A DNA stretch of 64,000 nt, taken from the NCBI GenBank assembly GCA_004431415.1, contig QPMI01000499.1:1-64000 (forward strand), read 5' to 3'. Position numbers and translations under genes: made by a program. Numbering within the stretch: the first letter of the stretch is position 1; each line of letters starts with the position of its first letter. Positions 12,386 through 26,000 of this stretch are shown one piece after another. The notes under the pieces were generated by a model. That model saw nothing but the letters and a program-made list of their open reading frames with translations, was not told the DNA's origin and ran no database searches. This DNA is from Cyanophora paradoxa CCMP329. Lineage: Eukaryota > Plantae > Glaucophyta.

Positions 12386-15300
12386 CTAGAAGGCGCCCTC
12401 GTACTGCATTTCGGCGAAGATGAGCTGGTCGACGAGGAAGCAGTGGCCCATGTTCGCGTGCCCGACGAGGCGCGCCAGGCCCTCCCGCACCCGCTGGTCC
12501 TCCCGCTCGTCGGCGTCCTCCTCCTCGCCCGCCGCCCGCCGCACCCCCCGCAGGTACTCGTACGCCCTCTCGAAGAGCTGCGCCCCGAGGTGCTGCTCGG
12601 CCCGCGCCCTCAGGTTCTTCGCCTTCTCGCGCCAGACGAGCCGCGCCTGCGCCGCCACCGCGTCCGACGCCTCCGCCGGCCACTCCCGCGCCGACTGCGG
12701 CCGTGCTGGCGCGTTCGCCGCCCGCTGCAGCAGCGCCGCCGCCGCCTGCACGTCGCTCGCCCGCTCCCCTTCCTGCGGGGGGTACCGCCGTCAGCCCGGC
12801 AGGGTGGGCACGACGCGAGGGCCGCGGGCGGTACCTCCTCCCGCGGGTCGTAGGTCTCGAATTCCTCGTCGCTGTAGGTTTCAAACTCATCGTCCGAGTA
12901 GCCCGTACCCCCCGCGGCCGCGGAAGGGGGGACAGGGGCCGGGGCCGGCCGAGGGGCGGGCGAGTGGGCCGCGGCGGAAGCTGGGGCGGAGGCGGGGGGC
13001 GTGCGGCGGGCCGGGGGAGGGGGCGGGGGCCGCTCCGGGGTACCCTCGTGCCAGCGGACCTCCTCCCCCGGAATGTGGTCCCCCCCGTCGCTCTCGGAGC
13101 CGGAGCGGTGCCCCGAGGAGCGGGCGGGGGGCGCGCGGGAGGGGGCGGGGGGGGCCCCGGGCCGGGGTAGGGGCTCGTCCTCCCGGTGAAGGCGGCGGGA
13201 GGGTACGGCGCCGGCGGGGGCGTCGTCGTACCCCGGGCCCTGGTCGGCGAAGGCGGCGACAGAGGCGCGGGGCTGGGGCGAGTTGGAGCGCCCGCGCTTG
13301 TCCGAGACGGGGGCCATGGGCGAGGCCTGCCGCGGGCCCGGCGCCGGGGCCGGGGCCGCCGCCGCCGGCGTCTGCTGCCGCAGGGCCGACAGCTGCCGCG
13401 GGGTGAGCCGCTGTACCCCCGCGGCGGGAACCTCCTCGGGGGGCGGGATCCGGGCCACGGGGGTACGGCGGCCGGCGAGGGCCGCGACGGCGGGGTCTGC
13501 CGGGCCGAGGGCGGCCGGCCGTGCCCAGGCGAGTCCGAGTCCCGCACGCGCACCCTGCGGCGGTGGGGTGAGACGGGGCGCCAGCGGGGCGGAGGGTACG
13601 GGCGCGCCGCTCGAGGCGGGTGGCGGCGTCGTCGGCGGGCTCGGGGTACGCGCGCGGCTGGCGGCGGTCGGCGGGGGCGCGTGGAGGGAGGCGACCGAGC
13701 GCCGCGGGTCGGGCGCCTTGTCGGCGGGGCCCGCCCCCGCGGGGCCCAGCGGCGGGTGGACCGCTGGCTTCTGGTTCTGGGGCGAGGCAAGACTGCGCGG
13801 CGGCGGCGGGCCCAGCTGAGTGAGCGGGGGTACGAGATGGACCGGGAGCGGAGGCCAGTACCCTGCGATCATTTGGGCCCCGAAGCTCGTCATGTCCATG
13901 CACAGCTCCTGCGGGCGGTGCGAGCGTCGGTCCCGGAGGGGGCGGGGGGAGGGGGGGGGAGTCCAGGGGGGTACGGGGGCACCTGTGCGCGGGACTTGAC
14001 GAACGGGAGGGCGAGGATGGCGTTGGCGGAGGGGCGCGCCTCGGGCGAGCGCGAGAGCATCTGGGGGTACGTCAAAAGAGGCGCGCGGGGCTTCCAGGGG
14101 GTACCGCGCCTTTCGGACGAGGTCGCGGAGGGGCTGGGAGTACTGCTGGGGGATGGCCGGAGTGGAGCCCTGGGTACAGAAGCGTCAGAGACACGGCAGG
14201 GGGGCGGGGGAGAGACCAGGGAGGGGAGTACGCGGGCGCCTGCATGATCTTGTAGACGAGGCCGGAGATGTTGTTGGCGTCGAAGGCATGCCGGAGGCTG
14301 CAGAGCTCGAAGAGGACGCATCCCAGCGCCCTGCACAGCCCGGGATTGAGGCACGGCACGAGCGGGGCCGATGGGCCCGCGCGGGCCGCTCCGGCGGACC
14401 ATATGTCGGATTTGTAGCTGTAGGGCTTGGACTGGCAAAGCTCCGGGGACACTGCGCGCGGGTCGGAGGAGAAGGAGGAAGGGGTCGGGCGCTGCGGGCC
14501 GCGGCGGGCGGCGCGCACTGTAGTACGGCGTGCCGACCACCTTTGAGGGAGGGGCGGCTTCAGCGGGGGGAGGCGAAGGCAAGATCCAGGGTACGGGCGC
14601 ACCGTCATTGCCATCTCGACAGTAGAGCCCAGTACACGGGCGATGCCAAAATCCCCCACCTGCGGGGTACAGGGTTCGGAGGGGGCCCGGGGGGTATCTC
14701 GTGCTGTCCAGGGCGGGTGCGCGCGCGCTCGCCTTCACGATCCTCCCCTCCTTCGTCAGAAAGATGTTCTTCGTCTGCGCGGGGAGGGGGATGAGGCCGC
14801 GGGAGGGGGGGGTACGCGGATCCGGCGCCGCGGCGGGCCTTCAAGTCCCGGTGGAGGATCTTCTTCTCGTGGATGTACTGGAGCGAGAGCAGGATCTGTA
14901 TGAACCAGTTGAGGATCATTTCCTCGGGGAACAGCCGCCCCGCGTTCTTCTGCCGCTGGATCGCGTCGTTCAGGTCACCGCCCTCTGCGCCCGCGCGCGT
15001 GAGGCGACGGCGCGCGGGCGCGAAGGGCGGCGAGGCGGCGGGCGGCGCGCCGCAGTACTGCATAACGATACACAAGAACTGCGGTGGGCGATCGTTCAGA
15101 CCGCGGGCGCGGGCTGGCGGCGGCGGCGGCAGGCGGCGCGGGTGAGGCCTGGCGCGCACCTCGTCGCCCTCCTTGTTGCTGTAGAAGAAGGACTCGTGGT
15201 AGGCGACGATGAACGGGTTGCGCAGCGAGGCGAGCAGCCGCACTTCCTGCAGCGTCGCCTCGCGCTCCTCCGGCGGCAGGTCGTTGATCGAGATGCGCTT

Positions 15301-15576
15301 GATCACGTAGTGCTGCCGCCGCGTGAGGCGCAGCGCAGGGCAGCAGCGCCCGGCGCACCCGCCCGTCGTCCCGGTTCTTCGAAAGATACACTGATCCATA
15401 GCTTCCTTTGCCGATGCATTTCTTCACCTGCGCGGCGAGTCGCGCGGTCCCGCGATGGGCGGCCGGCCGGAAATCGGGGCCCGCACCTCGTAGCTGAAGG
15501 TCACCAGGTGCAGACACGGCGAGGCCTCGTCAGCGAGCGACAAATGAGAACAGCGGCCGCGGGCGCACCGCTGCAT
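12386..15576 (-). CDS. NIMA-related (NEK1-like) Ser/Thr kinase, multi-exon
   Basis: Spliced: [134 protein letters not shown]. A Pro-rich linker follows, then a NEK1-like C-terminal helical domain ending QYEGAF*. Confidence 0.93.
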
Positions 15577-16559
15577 CCCGCGGCGCCGAGGCCCGCTGCA
15601 AAGCGGCAGATGCGCTCAAAATGCCCTGAACGAGGCGGCACGATGGCTGCTGCGGCCCGACGTCGCCGCCTGCGCCGCTGCACTTGAATTCCCCGCCGAG
15701 AAAGGAGCTCGCAGGAGTCGAACCCGCGCGGCGCCAGTCGACGTCCCCGCGGCCCGGCGGCCGCCAGCTGCATGCGCAGCATGCATGCGAGCTCAATATT
15801 TGCCGACGTGTACAGCCTCGTAGCTACACCTCGCGATCGAGGCGCACTGTCTACAGCGCTAGGTGCGAAGCCGCTGCCCCAGCGCCATGGCCAGCCGCTG
15901 AGCCCTGGCGCCGGCCGGGCAGGCTGCCATGGCCCCATGGCCAGGCTGAGCTCAGCTGCAGATCATGATCAAGCCCGCCGGCGCGCTCACAAGTCACTTA
16001 TAATTAGCGCTCACAGTACAGCTGAGTACAAGTACAAGTCAAGCGGATCGATATCGATGTCTGAAGCCCAGCCGCCCGCGCGCCGCGCGCGGCGGCCCGC
16101 CGGGCCGGCGGCACGCGCGCCGGCGCCCGGCGCCCATGGCCAGCTCCCACTGGGAGCTACGCGCGCGGGGCCGCGGGCACCCGCCGCGGCGCGGTCGAAA
16201 GTTTTGAATGAAAAACGTATACTCGATACTTATACATATCTAGCGAGGTTGAAAAACGAGAGGGAAAGCACAAAAAAGGGGGGCGGTGGCGGCCTGCTGC
16301 CATGGCCGACCGCGGCGAGACGTGCCGCGTGACAGCAGCGGGGCGATCGGCCGAGGCGGGGGACAGGGCGGGGGACGGGAATCCGGAGGAGGAGAGAGGC
16401 CGGCGCGGGGGCGCGGGTGGCGGGCCGGCGCCGGATCGGGGGCCAAGGAGGACCGTGCCGCAGTTCGAATTTGCTCTCTGCGAGCTCCGGCGAGGCGGGC
16501 CGAGGACCCGGATGGGCGGGCGGGCCTCCGCCCGGCTCGCCCGGGGGCCGGACTCACGC

Positions 16560-19310
16560 CTAAGCAGATCTCGCCTCCTCCACCTCCACCTCCCCCTCCC
16601 CCCCCTCCTCCTCCTCCTGATCCTCGTCGCCGTCCTCGTCGACTTCGTTCTCGTCCTCCTCCTCCTCCTCCTCGTCCTCCTCATCCTCCTCCTCCTCGTC
16701 CATGTCGGTCTCCTCGTCCTCCTCGCCATCGCTGTCGGACTCCTCCCCCTCGCTGCACTCCGCGTCCTCCTCAGCACGCACGCGCACGCCGGGCAGCAGG
16801 ATCTGCACGGGGAGAGGTGGGGTGAGGAGAGGTGCCGGTTGAGAGCAGGCGCAGGAGGCATAAGGGGCCGGGAGAGCACCGGCACGGCCTCGCGGTCCGC
16901 GCTCATCATGAGGGGGCCGGCGGCGCTCCCCCGCAGCACGAGTTCCCGCAGGCCGCACGGAGAGGCCTGCAGCTGCGCGGCGCCCGAAGGGTGAGGCGGA
17001 TGGCTTCGAATTCGCTCGGATGTGCTCGGCGGACCTTTTCGTCGTTGCCGAGGGCGCGGGAGACGATGAGCTCGACGGCGGCTTGGAATGGGGACCACGT
17101 GACAATCCTCCGAAGGGACGGAACGTCTAAGGCCAGCCGCTGCGCGAGCCCCACGCGTTAGAGGGCCGTGTTCGTTCGTGCCGGGGCGCACGCGCGGGGG
17201 ACTAACCGTGAAGACGCCGCCTGGGATGTAGAGCCCCGAGGAGGGCGAGCAGCGGAGCTCCGCCTGGCGAAGGGACGTCCACCTGGGTACAGCGATTTCC
17301 GTTCGGGCCGAGCGCACGAGCGGAACACGCAAGGGACGTCGACGGCGTACCCCTTGAGGCACGTCCTCCCGAGCTTCTGGAAGGCGTGCCACGAGAGGCG
17401 GAGGTCCACAGCCTGCGTACAGATTAAAAGGGGGGGGGAAGAAGGGGGGGGGGGAAGGGGGTGGGGGAGACCTCGAGGGCTCCGAGGAGGAAGAGCTGCT
17501 CGGGTATGGCGGCGTGCCCCTGCGCATGCCGCGGGGCGTCGGTCGGTCGGCGAGGGGCGAGGAGCGGGCGACCGGCGGGGCTGCGAGGGGAGGCCGAGGG
17601 CACCTGGCGGAGCCGGAGGAATCGGAGGGAGGATGCGCGCGAGGCGAGCGGCGCCGCGCTTGCATCGGGGTGGAGCGCGAGGCTCAGCGCCTGCGGCCAA
17701 GGCGGGGGCGGGGGCGAGATCGGCGCGGCGCGGCGCATACGGAGGCAGCGGGCGGGCGGGCGGGGGTACGCACCGCCAGCTTCGGCATGCGGGAGAGGAA
17801 TTCGATCGCCTTGAACTTGCAGCCGGCGTCGAGGGCTGCGCCCATCACCGGATCAGCAACAGAAGAGGAAGCAGCGGCTCGGACGGGATCCGGAGGGCGG
17901 CGGCTCACACTCCATTGCCGTGAGGCGGGCGAGGAGCGTGGAGTCCTCCCATTCGCAGACCGGCCAGACCTTCCTGTTCGGGAGCGATCCCTCCTCTTCC
18001 TCCCCCCAGAAGCCAATCCGGAGCCGCTTCAACGCTGCCGAAACATTGGATTCTGAAGCAGAAGCAGCGAGCGAGGGGCCGGCGGCGCGCTCGAGTGCGT
18101 ACCCGTGAGCTCGGACACCTTGGCCAGCACCGGGCGGGCCGTGGCCACGGCCTCGGCCTCCGGGTCGGATGCCAGGAAAGGGGGTACGACGTCGATGAAG
18201 AGGGTCTCCAGGGAGGGGGCCAGGGCGGAGAACGCGACGGGGGCGAGGTGCTTAAGCTCCAGAGGGATGCTGCCCGGCCTCCGCGTCAAAGAGCGATCGG
18301 GAAGGGTCGAGGCGCGGGGGTACGGTGGGCGCACCCGCTGAGATCCAGCTCGCGGAGGCCCCGGGCCTGCTGGGTGACGGGGTCGACGGCCGGGACGCGC
18401 CAGGCGGGGCAGCAGACGGCGGAGAGGGAGCCGCGGAAGTCGTCACCGAACGTGTCGAACCGGAAAACGCTCTTGACGCGGAACGCGACGGAGCGGAGGT
18501 TCGGGAACTCGGCGAGGTTCGCGATGGACGAGTCGCAGCCGCCGTCCCAGAACACGTCGATGTGCGTGACGTTGGGGAAGATCTCGCGGAGGCGGCGGAG
18601 ACGCTGCGGGTACAGGTCGTAGGTCTCCACGCGCAGGCGCCGCGTCCGGAGGCGCGCTGCCGCTGAAGCTGGCCAGCTGCAGCGGTTGAGTGCGCGGTTC
18701 TGCGCGCAGTTGGCCTTGCCCAGCCGCAAGATCACCCGCTCCCACGCTGCGGCGTCGACGGCGTCGGGATCGTCGATGAGCTTCCGGAAGCGGCGGTTCA
18801 CGTTGCGGAGCCGCCGGAGATTCTGCGGGACGAAGTCCGGCTCATCGAGTTCCCCTCCGGCGAGCTCGAGCGCCGGCGAGCACGGGGGACGCAACGCCGG
18901 CCGACTGCTGTCACGGGCGGCAAAGAAGAGAATGCGCTGGACCACCGCGTCGGGAAAGACGCCGAACTCGCTGGAGTCTTCCTCTTCGGCTGCTTCGGCT
19001 GGCGCTGGCGCTTTAGCAGCAGGCGCTGCAACAGCTTGCTGATTGACACCGGCTGCTGCTGCAGCTGCCTGCGCGCCATCGGCCGCAGTTGGCTCCTCGG
19101 CAACGTCAATGTTGGCGCTGCATCCGATGGAGCGGACGCGCTTCGTGCCCGAGGGACCGTCCCCGTGCGCATCGCCATCTGCGCGGCGTTCCCAAAAGGT
19201 CAGCGCGAGGTCGCGGAAGCGCGGAGGCGCGAAGGGATTCGAATCCAGCGCGCACCGTCGTCGCCCTGGAGCTGCTCGAGCCTAGCGCGCTTGTCTGATG
19301 CGGAGCTCAT
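16560..19310 (-). CDS. F-box-like/LRR protein with acidic tail, multi-exon
   Basis: Starts MSSASDKRARLEQL. Contains an F-box-like FGVFPDAVVQRILFFAA...LRNVNRRFRKL, LRR-like segments (FPNVTHIDV, FPNLRSVAF, LRELDLSG) and a poly-E/D C-terminus. Confidence 0.65.
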
Positions 19311-19945
19311 GTCTCTCGTTGTACTACGAAGCTTAAGCTTAAGATCTGATCATGAGACCCGCGGCAAATAAGATCTTTCAAAAGTTCGCGGCAAAAGACC
19401 CGCGTCCGTACCCCCCCTCGGCCGCGCCCGGCGCTGCCGCGCGCGGGAGTGCACGCGCGCATGCACGGCTCGGCAGATTTAATGTAAAACTGATCAGAGA
19501 AAGCAAAACAGGCCAGTGTGGAGCGCGAGATGAAGCGAAGATGCGCCCCCGCCAGAATTCGAAGAGGCCTAGGGCCGGGCGGAGCCGCGCGGCGGTGCGA
19601 TGCGGGCGGCGGAGGAGCGGAAGGCGGCGCGGGAGATGACGCGGGACGGGACGGGGGAGAGGGAGGCGGGGAGGGGCACGGGAGCGAGCGGGGCGCCGGC
19701 GCCGGCGGCGGTCATGATCATGGATATCCAAATGCTTGCGCTGATGAGCCATGACCAGCAAGCCCCGGATCTGCGCGGGCGCCCGCGGCCGATCAGCGCG
19801 CCGGGCTGGCGCTCGGAGCCTCGGAGGCGCCATGCGCCAGCGAGCGAGAGCTTTAGGGGCGCACGGCACCTCCAAAATGACGCGGGGGGCGGAAGCGGCA
19901 GCGAGAACGGAGAGGAGGGCGGCGGGAGGCCTGGCCGGGCCGGGC

Positions 19946-21915
19946 CTACGGGGATTCGAGCCCCGCCTCCAGCGCGAGGCCCAGCCCCACCGGTGCCCCC
20001 GCCGGCGCCGCCCCGGCGCGCCAGCCCCGCCGGAAGGGCTTCGGCCTGCCTCCCTCCTGCGGCGGGGCCGGCCGCCGCAGCTCGGGGGAGGCGCCGCAGC
20101 CGCAGGTGAAGCCGGCGGCCGCGGCGCAGGCGGGGCAGGAGAGGAAGAGCCTGTCGCACGCCACGCTCGCGCAGTTGAAGTACCTGTATAAACAAACGTA
20201 GAACAAGTCACGACGTGAGTTACTCGAATCATATAAGCTTTAAGCAGGCTTGGTCGGGCGCGGAGGGGATAATGCAAGCTTAAGCGTTAAGCAGGACACG
20301 GCTTTAAGATTTGAGCAAGCTTTAATGCAAGCTTGAATAATAATAATAATAGTGCTTTAAGCAGGCTTGGGGACGCGGATCGGACCGGTCGGCGGGGGTG
20401 CCGCAGTGGGCGCAGGCGGCGGAGGGGAGCGGGGGCGCCCCCCCGGGGCCCCCCGGCGCGACCGGGGCCGCCACGCGGTCGTCGAACACGAACAGCTGCG
20501 AACGAAGGAAAAGAGGCTATAATTAGAAACCCGAAGCTCAAGCTCAAGCGCGGGCACGGGCGGGCAATGAGCTCATGATCAGTCGAGCTCAGGTTCTAGA
20601 TCGGGAGGTTGCGGGCGCGGGCCTAGGCCTCGCCCCTCTAAAGAGAGCCGGGAACGAGCGCACGCTTCCGCCCCAGCCGGCGGGACCCACTTGAAGGCCG
20701 TAGTTCACGATCCCGCCCTGCCGGGAAGGCCTCAGACTCAGGTGAACATGTGAGGAGAGGGGGCCGGGCGGGCGGGCAGGCGGCGGGCGGGCGGGCCTGA
20801 AGGCTGAAGAAGGGGTTCCTGATTCCCGCGTCGGCGAGAACCGAGCCCATGTACTCGCAGCTGGGGCGGGAGTCAGGAGGGGGTACGGCTAGGGAGAGAT
20901 TGGGGTACAGCGGACCGGATGCCGCCCGTGCAGCACATGAGCACCTGCCATTCCGGGCGATCGCATCAGGTTGGATTGGCGCGTGGGATGGGGGGGTAGA
21001 GGCGCGCCCGCGTCCGCTCGGATCGCACGTGGGCCTGGATGAGATCGGGCAGACCAGCGAAGTCACGGAAGGTCTGGGGGGTACGTCGGGTTCCGGTCGG
21101 GGGTGGGGGGTCGGGTCGTCGAACCTTGTAAGGTGGCAGAATAGCGGATTCCTCTCTTTTTGGAAGGAAGCGCCCCACCTGCGGGGTACAGTCAGGGAAG
21201 GGCAGGGGCTGGAAAGGGAGCGGGGGGTACGGCGGGGCCCGCCTCCCATTCGAACTGGTTCCTCACGTCCACGAAAACCGTGTCCTCGTCTCCCGACTGC
21301 AGCGCCCGCATCCACTCTGCGGGAGGGCGCATCGGCGGGCGCCGGGCCTGGGCCCGCCCGCGCGAGGCGCCGGCGCACCGTGCGGCGCGACGGGAGTCGG
21401 GCGGCGGGAGAGGTCGGCCGGCCGACCCAACGCGACCAGCTGCGGCCTCTCCTTCACTCTCAAGTCCGGGAACACCTGCTCGTGGTGCGGCGTCTCCTGC
21501 GGGGCGAAAGTCGGCGTCGGCTCGACTCGGCGATGACGAACGTGAACGAGCGTCTCGATCCGGCCAGCGGCGCTCACAAGGAACAGGGCGTCCGCGTAGC
21601 GCTCCCGCGCGAACTCGTCCAAGTAGCGCCGCACGCCCTCGATCGGCCCGCTCACTGCGCACGGGCTCGAGCTCGCACACGACGTCAACCCAACCGCGCA
21701 CCTTGCGCGTTCAGTCCTTCTGGCGAGATGTAAACCCTCCCAAGCATCTGCGCCGCCTGCAAGGGACGTCGGCAGCACGCCTGCGGGCGCCGGACCGAGC
21801 GCACCTGGAGCGCCTGGCGCTGGAGCGCGGCCTCGCGTGAGGGGTCGCATAACCTCCGCAGCGAGTAGAACGAGACGATGGAGTGGCTGGCGCCCGCGCG
21901 GGCAGCCGCCGCCAT
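19946..21915 (-). CDS. TrhO/YceA (UPF0176)-family rhodanese-domain protein
   Basis: Motifs IVSFY, LGRVYISPEGLNAQ, FPDLRVKERPQLV, FVDVRNQFEWEVGRF, LMCCTGGIRCE, SLQGGIVNY, LFVFDDRV and a C-terminal YFNCASVACDRLFLSCPAC. Confidence 0.88.
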
Positions 21916-22082
21916 CTTCGCTGTACCCTCACCCCCAGCCCTCGCGTACCCGTTCTGGAATTCAGCCAAGTCTCCCCCGTTCCCTTTGAGCCAGCGCGAA
22001 GCGAGCCCGCTGAGCTTCGCCAACTTTGCTTTCACAGTCGAGTCGAGGCAGCGAGCAGGCAGCAATATCGCAGTCGATCCAC

Positions 22083-22886
22083 ATGGCGGCCGAAGTGTTT
22101 CTCGGCGGGTCGTGCAACCCGACGACGTGGCGCAAGGACATCGCCATGCCTGCTCTCGAAAAGGCTGGCGTTACGTTCTACAACCCTCAGGTGCCCAGGC
22201 GTTACCGCCCCGGCCGCGTACGCCGGAGCTCACCGTGGTGCCTGACTGTCAGGTGGACGACTGGAAGCCCGAGCTCGTCGCCATCGAGGCCGAGGCGAAG
22301 CTAATGGCTCCGTGCCTTCTCTTCGTCATCGATTCGCAAACGCGGTCGCTAGCTTCCCTCGTCGAGGCGGCTGAGTTCATCGCGGCCGGCCGCAATGTTG
22401 TCCTCGTGTGAGTGCTCGCCAGACATGTGCTCGTTAGCTGCTCGTTGTTTTCAAGTTTTTCGAGCCGAGCCTTCGGATCTCCCGGCCGCACGCGCGCCCG
22501 ATCTCACGGCCGATTCCCGCCCCGCAGCATCATGCCCCTGCCCGAGAACGCGACCGTCGCCGGGGAGAAGGTGCAGAAGGGCGAGTGCAAGGACATCAAC
22601 CGCGCTCGGGAGTACCTCCGCGGTGCGAGGGGGCGAGTGCGCACGCGGAGCGAAATTGATCGGATCGCCCGCAGACGTGGCCAAGCGGCACGGCGCGCGC
22701 GTCTTCGAGAGCGTCCAGGCGGCCATCGACGACATCGTCCAGACGAAGCGCACGAAGGGGAGCATCCCGAAGTACCGCGGCGGCTCCGGCAACGGCGCGG
22801 CGCCCTACGTCCTCCTCTTCGGCGCCCTCGTCGCCGCCGGCTCCTTCGTGCTCCAGAAGGTCCTCGAGAAGCGGCTCTCGAGGTAG
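22083..22886 (+). CDS. Raw-like / nucleoside 2-deoxyribosyltransferase-like protein with C-terminal membrane anchor
   Basis: MAAEVFLGGSCNPTTWRKDIAMPALEKAGVTFYNPQVDDW..LLFVIDSQTRSLASLVEAAEFI..DINRAREYL across 4 exons, with a hydrophobic tail PYVLLFGALVAAGSFVL. Confidence 0.85.
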
Positions 22887-23068
22887 CCGGTACCCCGGCT
22901 AGCCAGATCTAGTCCTAGTAGTAGTAGTCTTGCGAGTCGCGGTCGGCCTGTAATGGAACGCGCGCTGGCCCGTGGCGGAATCTTTATGGATCTTTATGTG
23001 TAGTCCTGTCCCTGCATTCCCGCTACATCCTACACCCCCTACGCTGCCCTGCCCTGCCTGCACCGCTG

Positions 23069-26000
23069 CTACCTCTTCTTGCCCTTGTCGGCGGCCGCGG
23101 CGCCGGCGGCGGGGCCGGCAGTCGAGGCGGAGGGCCCGCCCGCGTGCGGCACGCTCGGGATGGGGTTCAGCTCGAAGACCTGCGGGGGGGAATACACCTC
23201 GCTCAGCTCATCCCGCAGCTTCGAGTTCGAGAACGAGAAGGAAGGGTCCTCGCCTTCATGCGGTGGGAGATGCCCTTCTCGAGGAGCCGGTCGACGGCGT
23301 TCGCCTGCCGCGAGCGGATGATGTTCGTAACGCTCGACGAGATCGCCTCCCGATCCCTCCCCGCCCGCTGCGCGCAGTTCAGGACGGACGGGAGGGCGGA
23401 TGGATGGATGGATGTGTGGATGGAAGGAGGGGAGGAGGAGCATCGCACCTGCGCCCTCGCGGCCGCGCCCGCCACACCGATCCCGCGCGCCTGCGGACGA
23501 AGGCGTCTCCGGAAGGGATTCGAAGCGGGGGGGGGGGGTACGCGTGGCGCGCCTGGGCGAGGTCTCGGGCCGAGAGCTGCGGCTCTGCGTACTCGTCCTC
23601 CTCGGAGTCCGAGGGGTCTTCCCAGGGCTCCGCCGAGTCGCCCCCGGCGCCCTCCAGCCCCCGGCTCGGCAGCCGCACGGACCGCGTGCTCTTCGACCGC
23701 GTCGTCGCCGCCGCCGCCGCCGCCTCCGCCGCGTCGGGGTGCGCCGTCGGCGCCGCCGGCGGCGGGATCAGCTGCCGGACCGTGAGCGCCGGAAGCTACG
23801 GAAGGGGGGTACGGGAGCACGTTGGGTACGGGGTTGGCCCACGTGGAAGGATCGGAAAGGGACCAGTAGGACTGGGGCCGGAACACGCCCACAAAGGCAC
23901 CTGCCCTCCGACGCTCATTTAAACGTCTGATGTTTAGGAGGAGAAGGGGTACCGTTGAGGGTCCACAGGCAGATCGAGCCGTCCACGGATCCCGTGAGGA
24001 GCATTTGGTTCTTGTCCACAAAGTCAAGGCTACCGTACCCCCCCAGGCTTAGAATTCGACGGAGAAGGGGAGGGCGAGTTCAAGGGTACCTGACGAGGGC
24101 CGACTCGTGGGCGCGCCAGTGGTAGAGCTCGACGAACTCGCGCGCGGTACCCCCCTCGGAGGCGGCGGCGGCGGCCGCCGCCGCCGCCTCGCGGGCCTCT
24201 CCGGAGAGCTTCGAGACGTCCCACACCTTTTCCCGATGATCGTCACGGGGGATACGGAAATTCTGCAGGGGGATGAAACGGCGGGGGGTACGGTACCTTG
24301 ACGTGGCCGGCGGCGTCGCCGGTGAAGAGGAACGAGTCGGACTCGTCGGCGCAGAGGGCGACGATCGCCTCGCCCTTCGGGTGGCCCCCGTGCTCCCTGC
24401 GCGAACGAAGTTTGGGGGGGGGAGAAAGGGGGAGGAGAGGCAGGGGGTACAGCGCACGCGACGATCTGGTTTGCGTCGCGGAGGTTCCAGGAGCGCAGTA
24501 CCCCGTCCGCGCCCGCAGAGACAAGCACGCCGTTCGCCCCGCGGCTCTTCAAGAAGACCATCTGGCGGGGGGTTTGAGGGGTACGTGTTTGAGAGAGGTT
24601 GCAAGCGGGGGGTACGCGCCTGCTCGACGGCGCGCTCGTCGGCAGGGATGCGCTCCAGTTCGGGGGCCGCAAGCGAGGCCTTCATGTACCCTAGCAGAGA
24701 AGGGGGGGGGGATGATCAGGACACGGGAGCGGGGTAGGGGAATGCGAGAGAAGAGGGGGTACCCGAATCAAGGTTCCAGACGAGGATTCGGCCGTCGTAG
24801 GAGGCGGTCGCGAGCATGTTCGGGGCGCAGAAGGCCACGCACAGGATGTCCTCCGCGTGCCTGCGGGGGGTACGCCAAAGTGTCTCAGACGGACCGGGGG
24901 GACGATCCGGGAGGGGGTAGGCGACGCGGTGCGGACCCCTCGAGCTCGCGCATGGTGGGGACGTCGTGCGTGTTCTCCTCGAGCCACATGAGCACCTGAC
25001 GAAGGAGCCGATCAGGTCAGGTGAGACTGAACAGACGAGATCAGATGAGATTAAGGACCTTGCGGTCCCAGCCGACGGCGACGATGAACTTGTTCTGGCC
25101 CTCGTCGATGAACCTGAAGGCACGCAGGGCAGGGGCGCCCCGCCCCGGTCGGCCTCGATCTGGCAGGGGCGGGAGGGGCGGCACTTGACGGAGGTGATCT
25201 CGTTCTTGCCCGAGTGCACGAAGTTCTTCAGGCACACGCCGCTCGAGAAGTTGTACATCTGCGAACGAAGAACACTGAGCCCGGGGGGCCACTTGATCTC
25301 AAGTATTCCACTAGAACCCAGCATTAGCAAGCTCAGCTGAGGCCCGGCCCGGCCCAGCAAGAGACTGGACCGAACGCTTCTCTGACCGCTATGCCCCAAG
25401 GTAAGCTAAGCCAAGCCAAGCCAGAGGTCCACTAGGGCGTTGGTTCAAGCAGTCCACCAGAACCCAGCGCTAGCAGGCCCGGCTCAGACCCCGCCCAGCC
25501 CAGCAAGAGTTGGGCCGAACGCTTCTCTCGAGCTAAACTTGTGCCCAACGAGCCCGGCCCAGCCCGTGTCCGCGCGGACCTTGACCTCGCCGTCGTGGAA
25601 GCCGGTGATGAGGCGCCGCCCCGCCGCGTCGAACGCCAGCGACGTGATCCGCTTCTCCTGCCGGCCGCCCCGGCGTCAAGCGGTGGGCGGCGCCCAGCTT
25701 AGGCCCGGCCAGCGGCGGGCGGGAGAGAGAGAGAGAGGGCGAGCGAGCGAGCGCATCTCTCGGCCCGGTCCGACCCGCCCCGCCCCGGATGCCCCGGACG
25801 CGCCCAGCAAGCGGCGGGCGGCGGGCGGGCGGGCGGCGGCCCAAGTGATGGCATCTCTCGCTCCTCGTCCCTCCCGGCCCGGGCCGACCCGCCCCGGATG
25901 CCCCCGGCGGACCTGCTTCTCGTCGACGGAGAAGCGGAAGACGATGTCCCCCGTGTCCAGGTCCCACACGCACACCGCCCCGCTCTCGTCCGCCGACACG

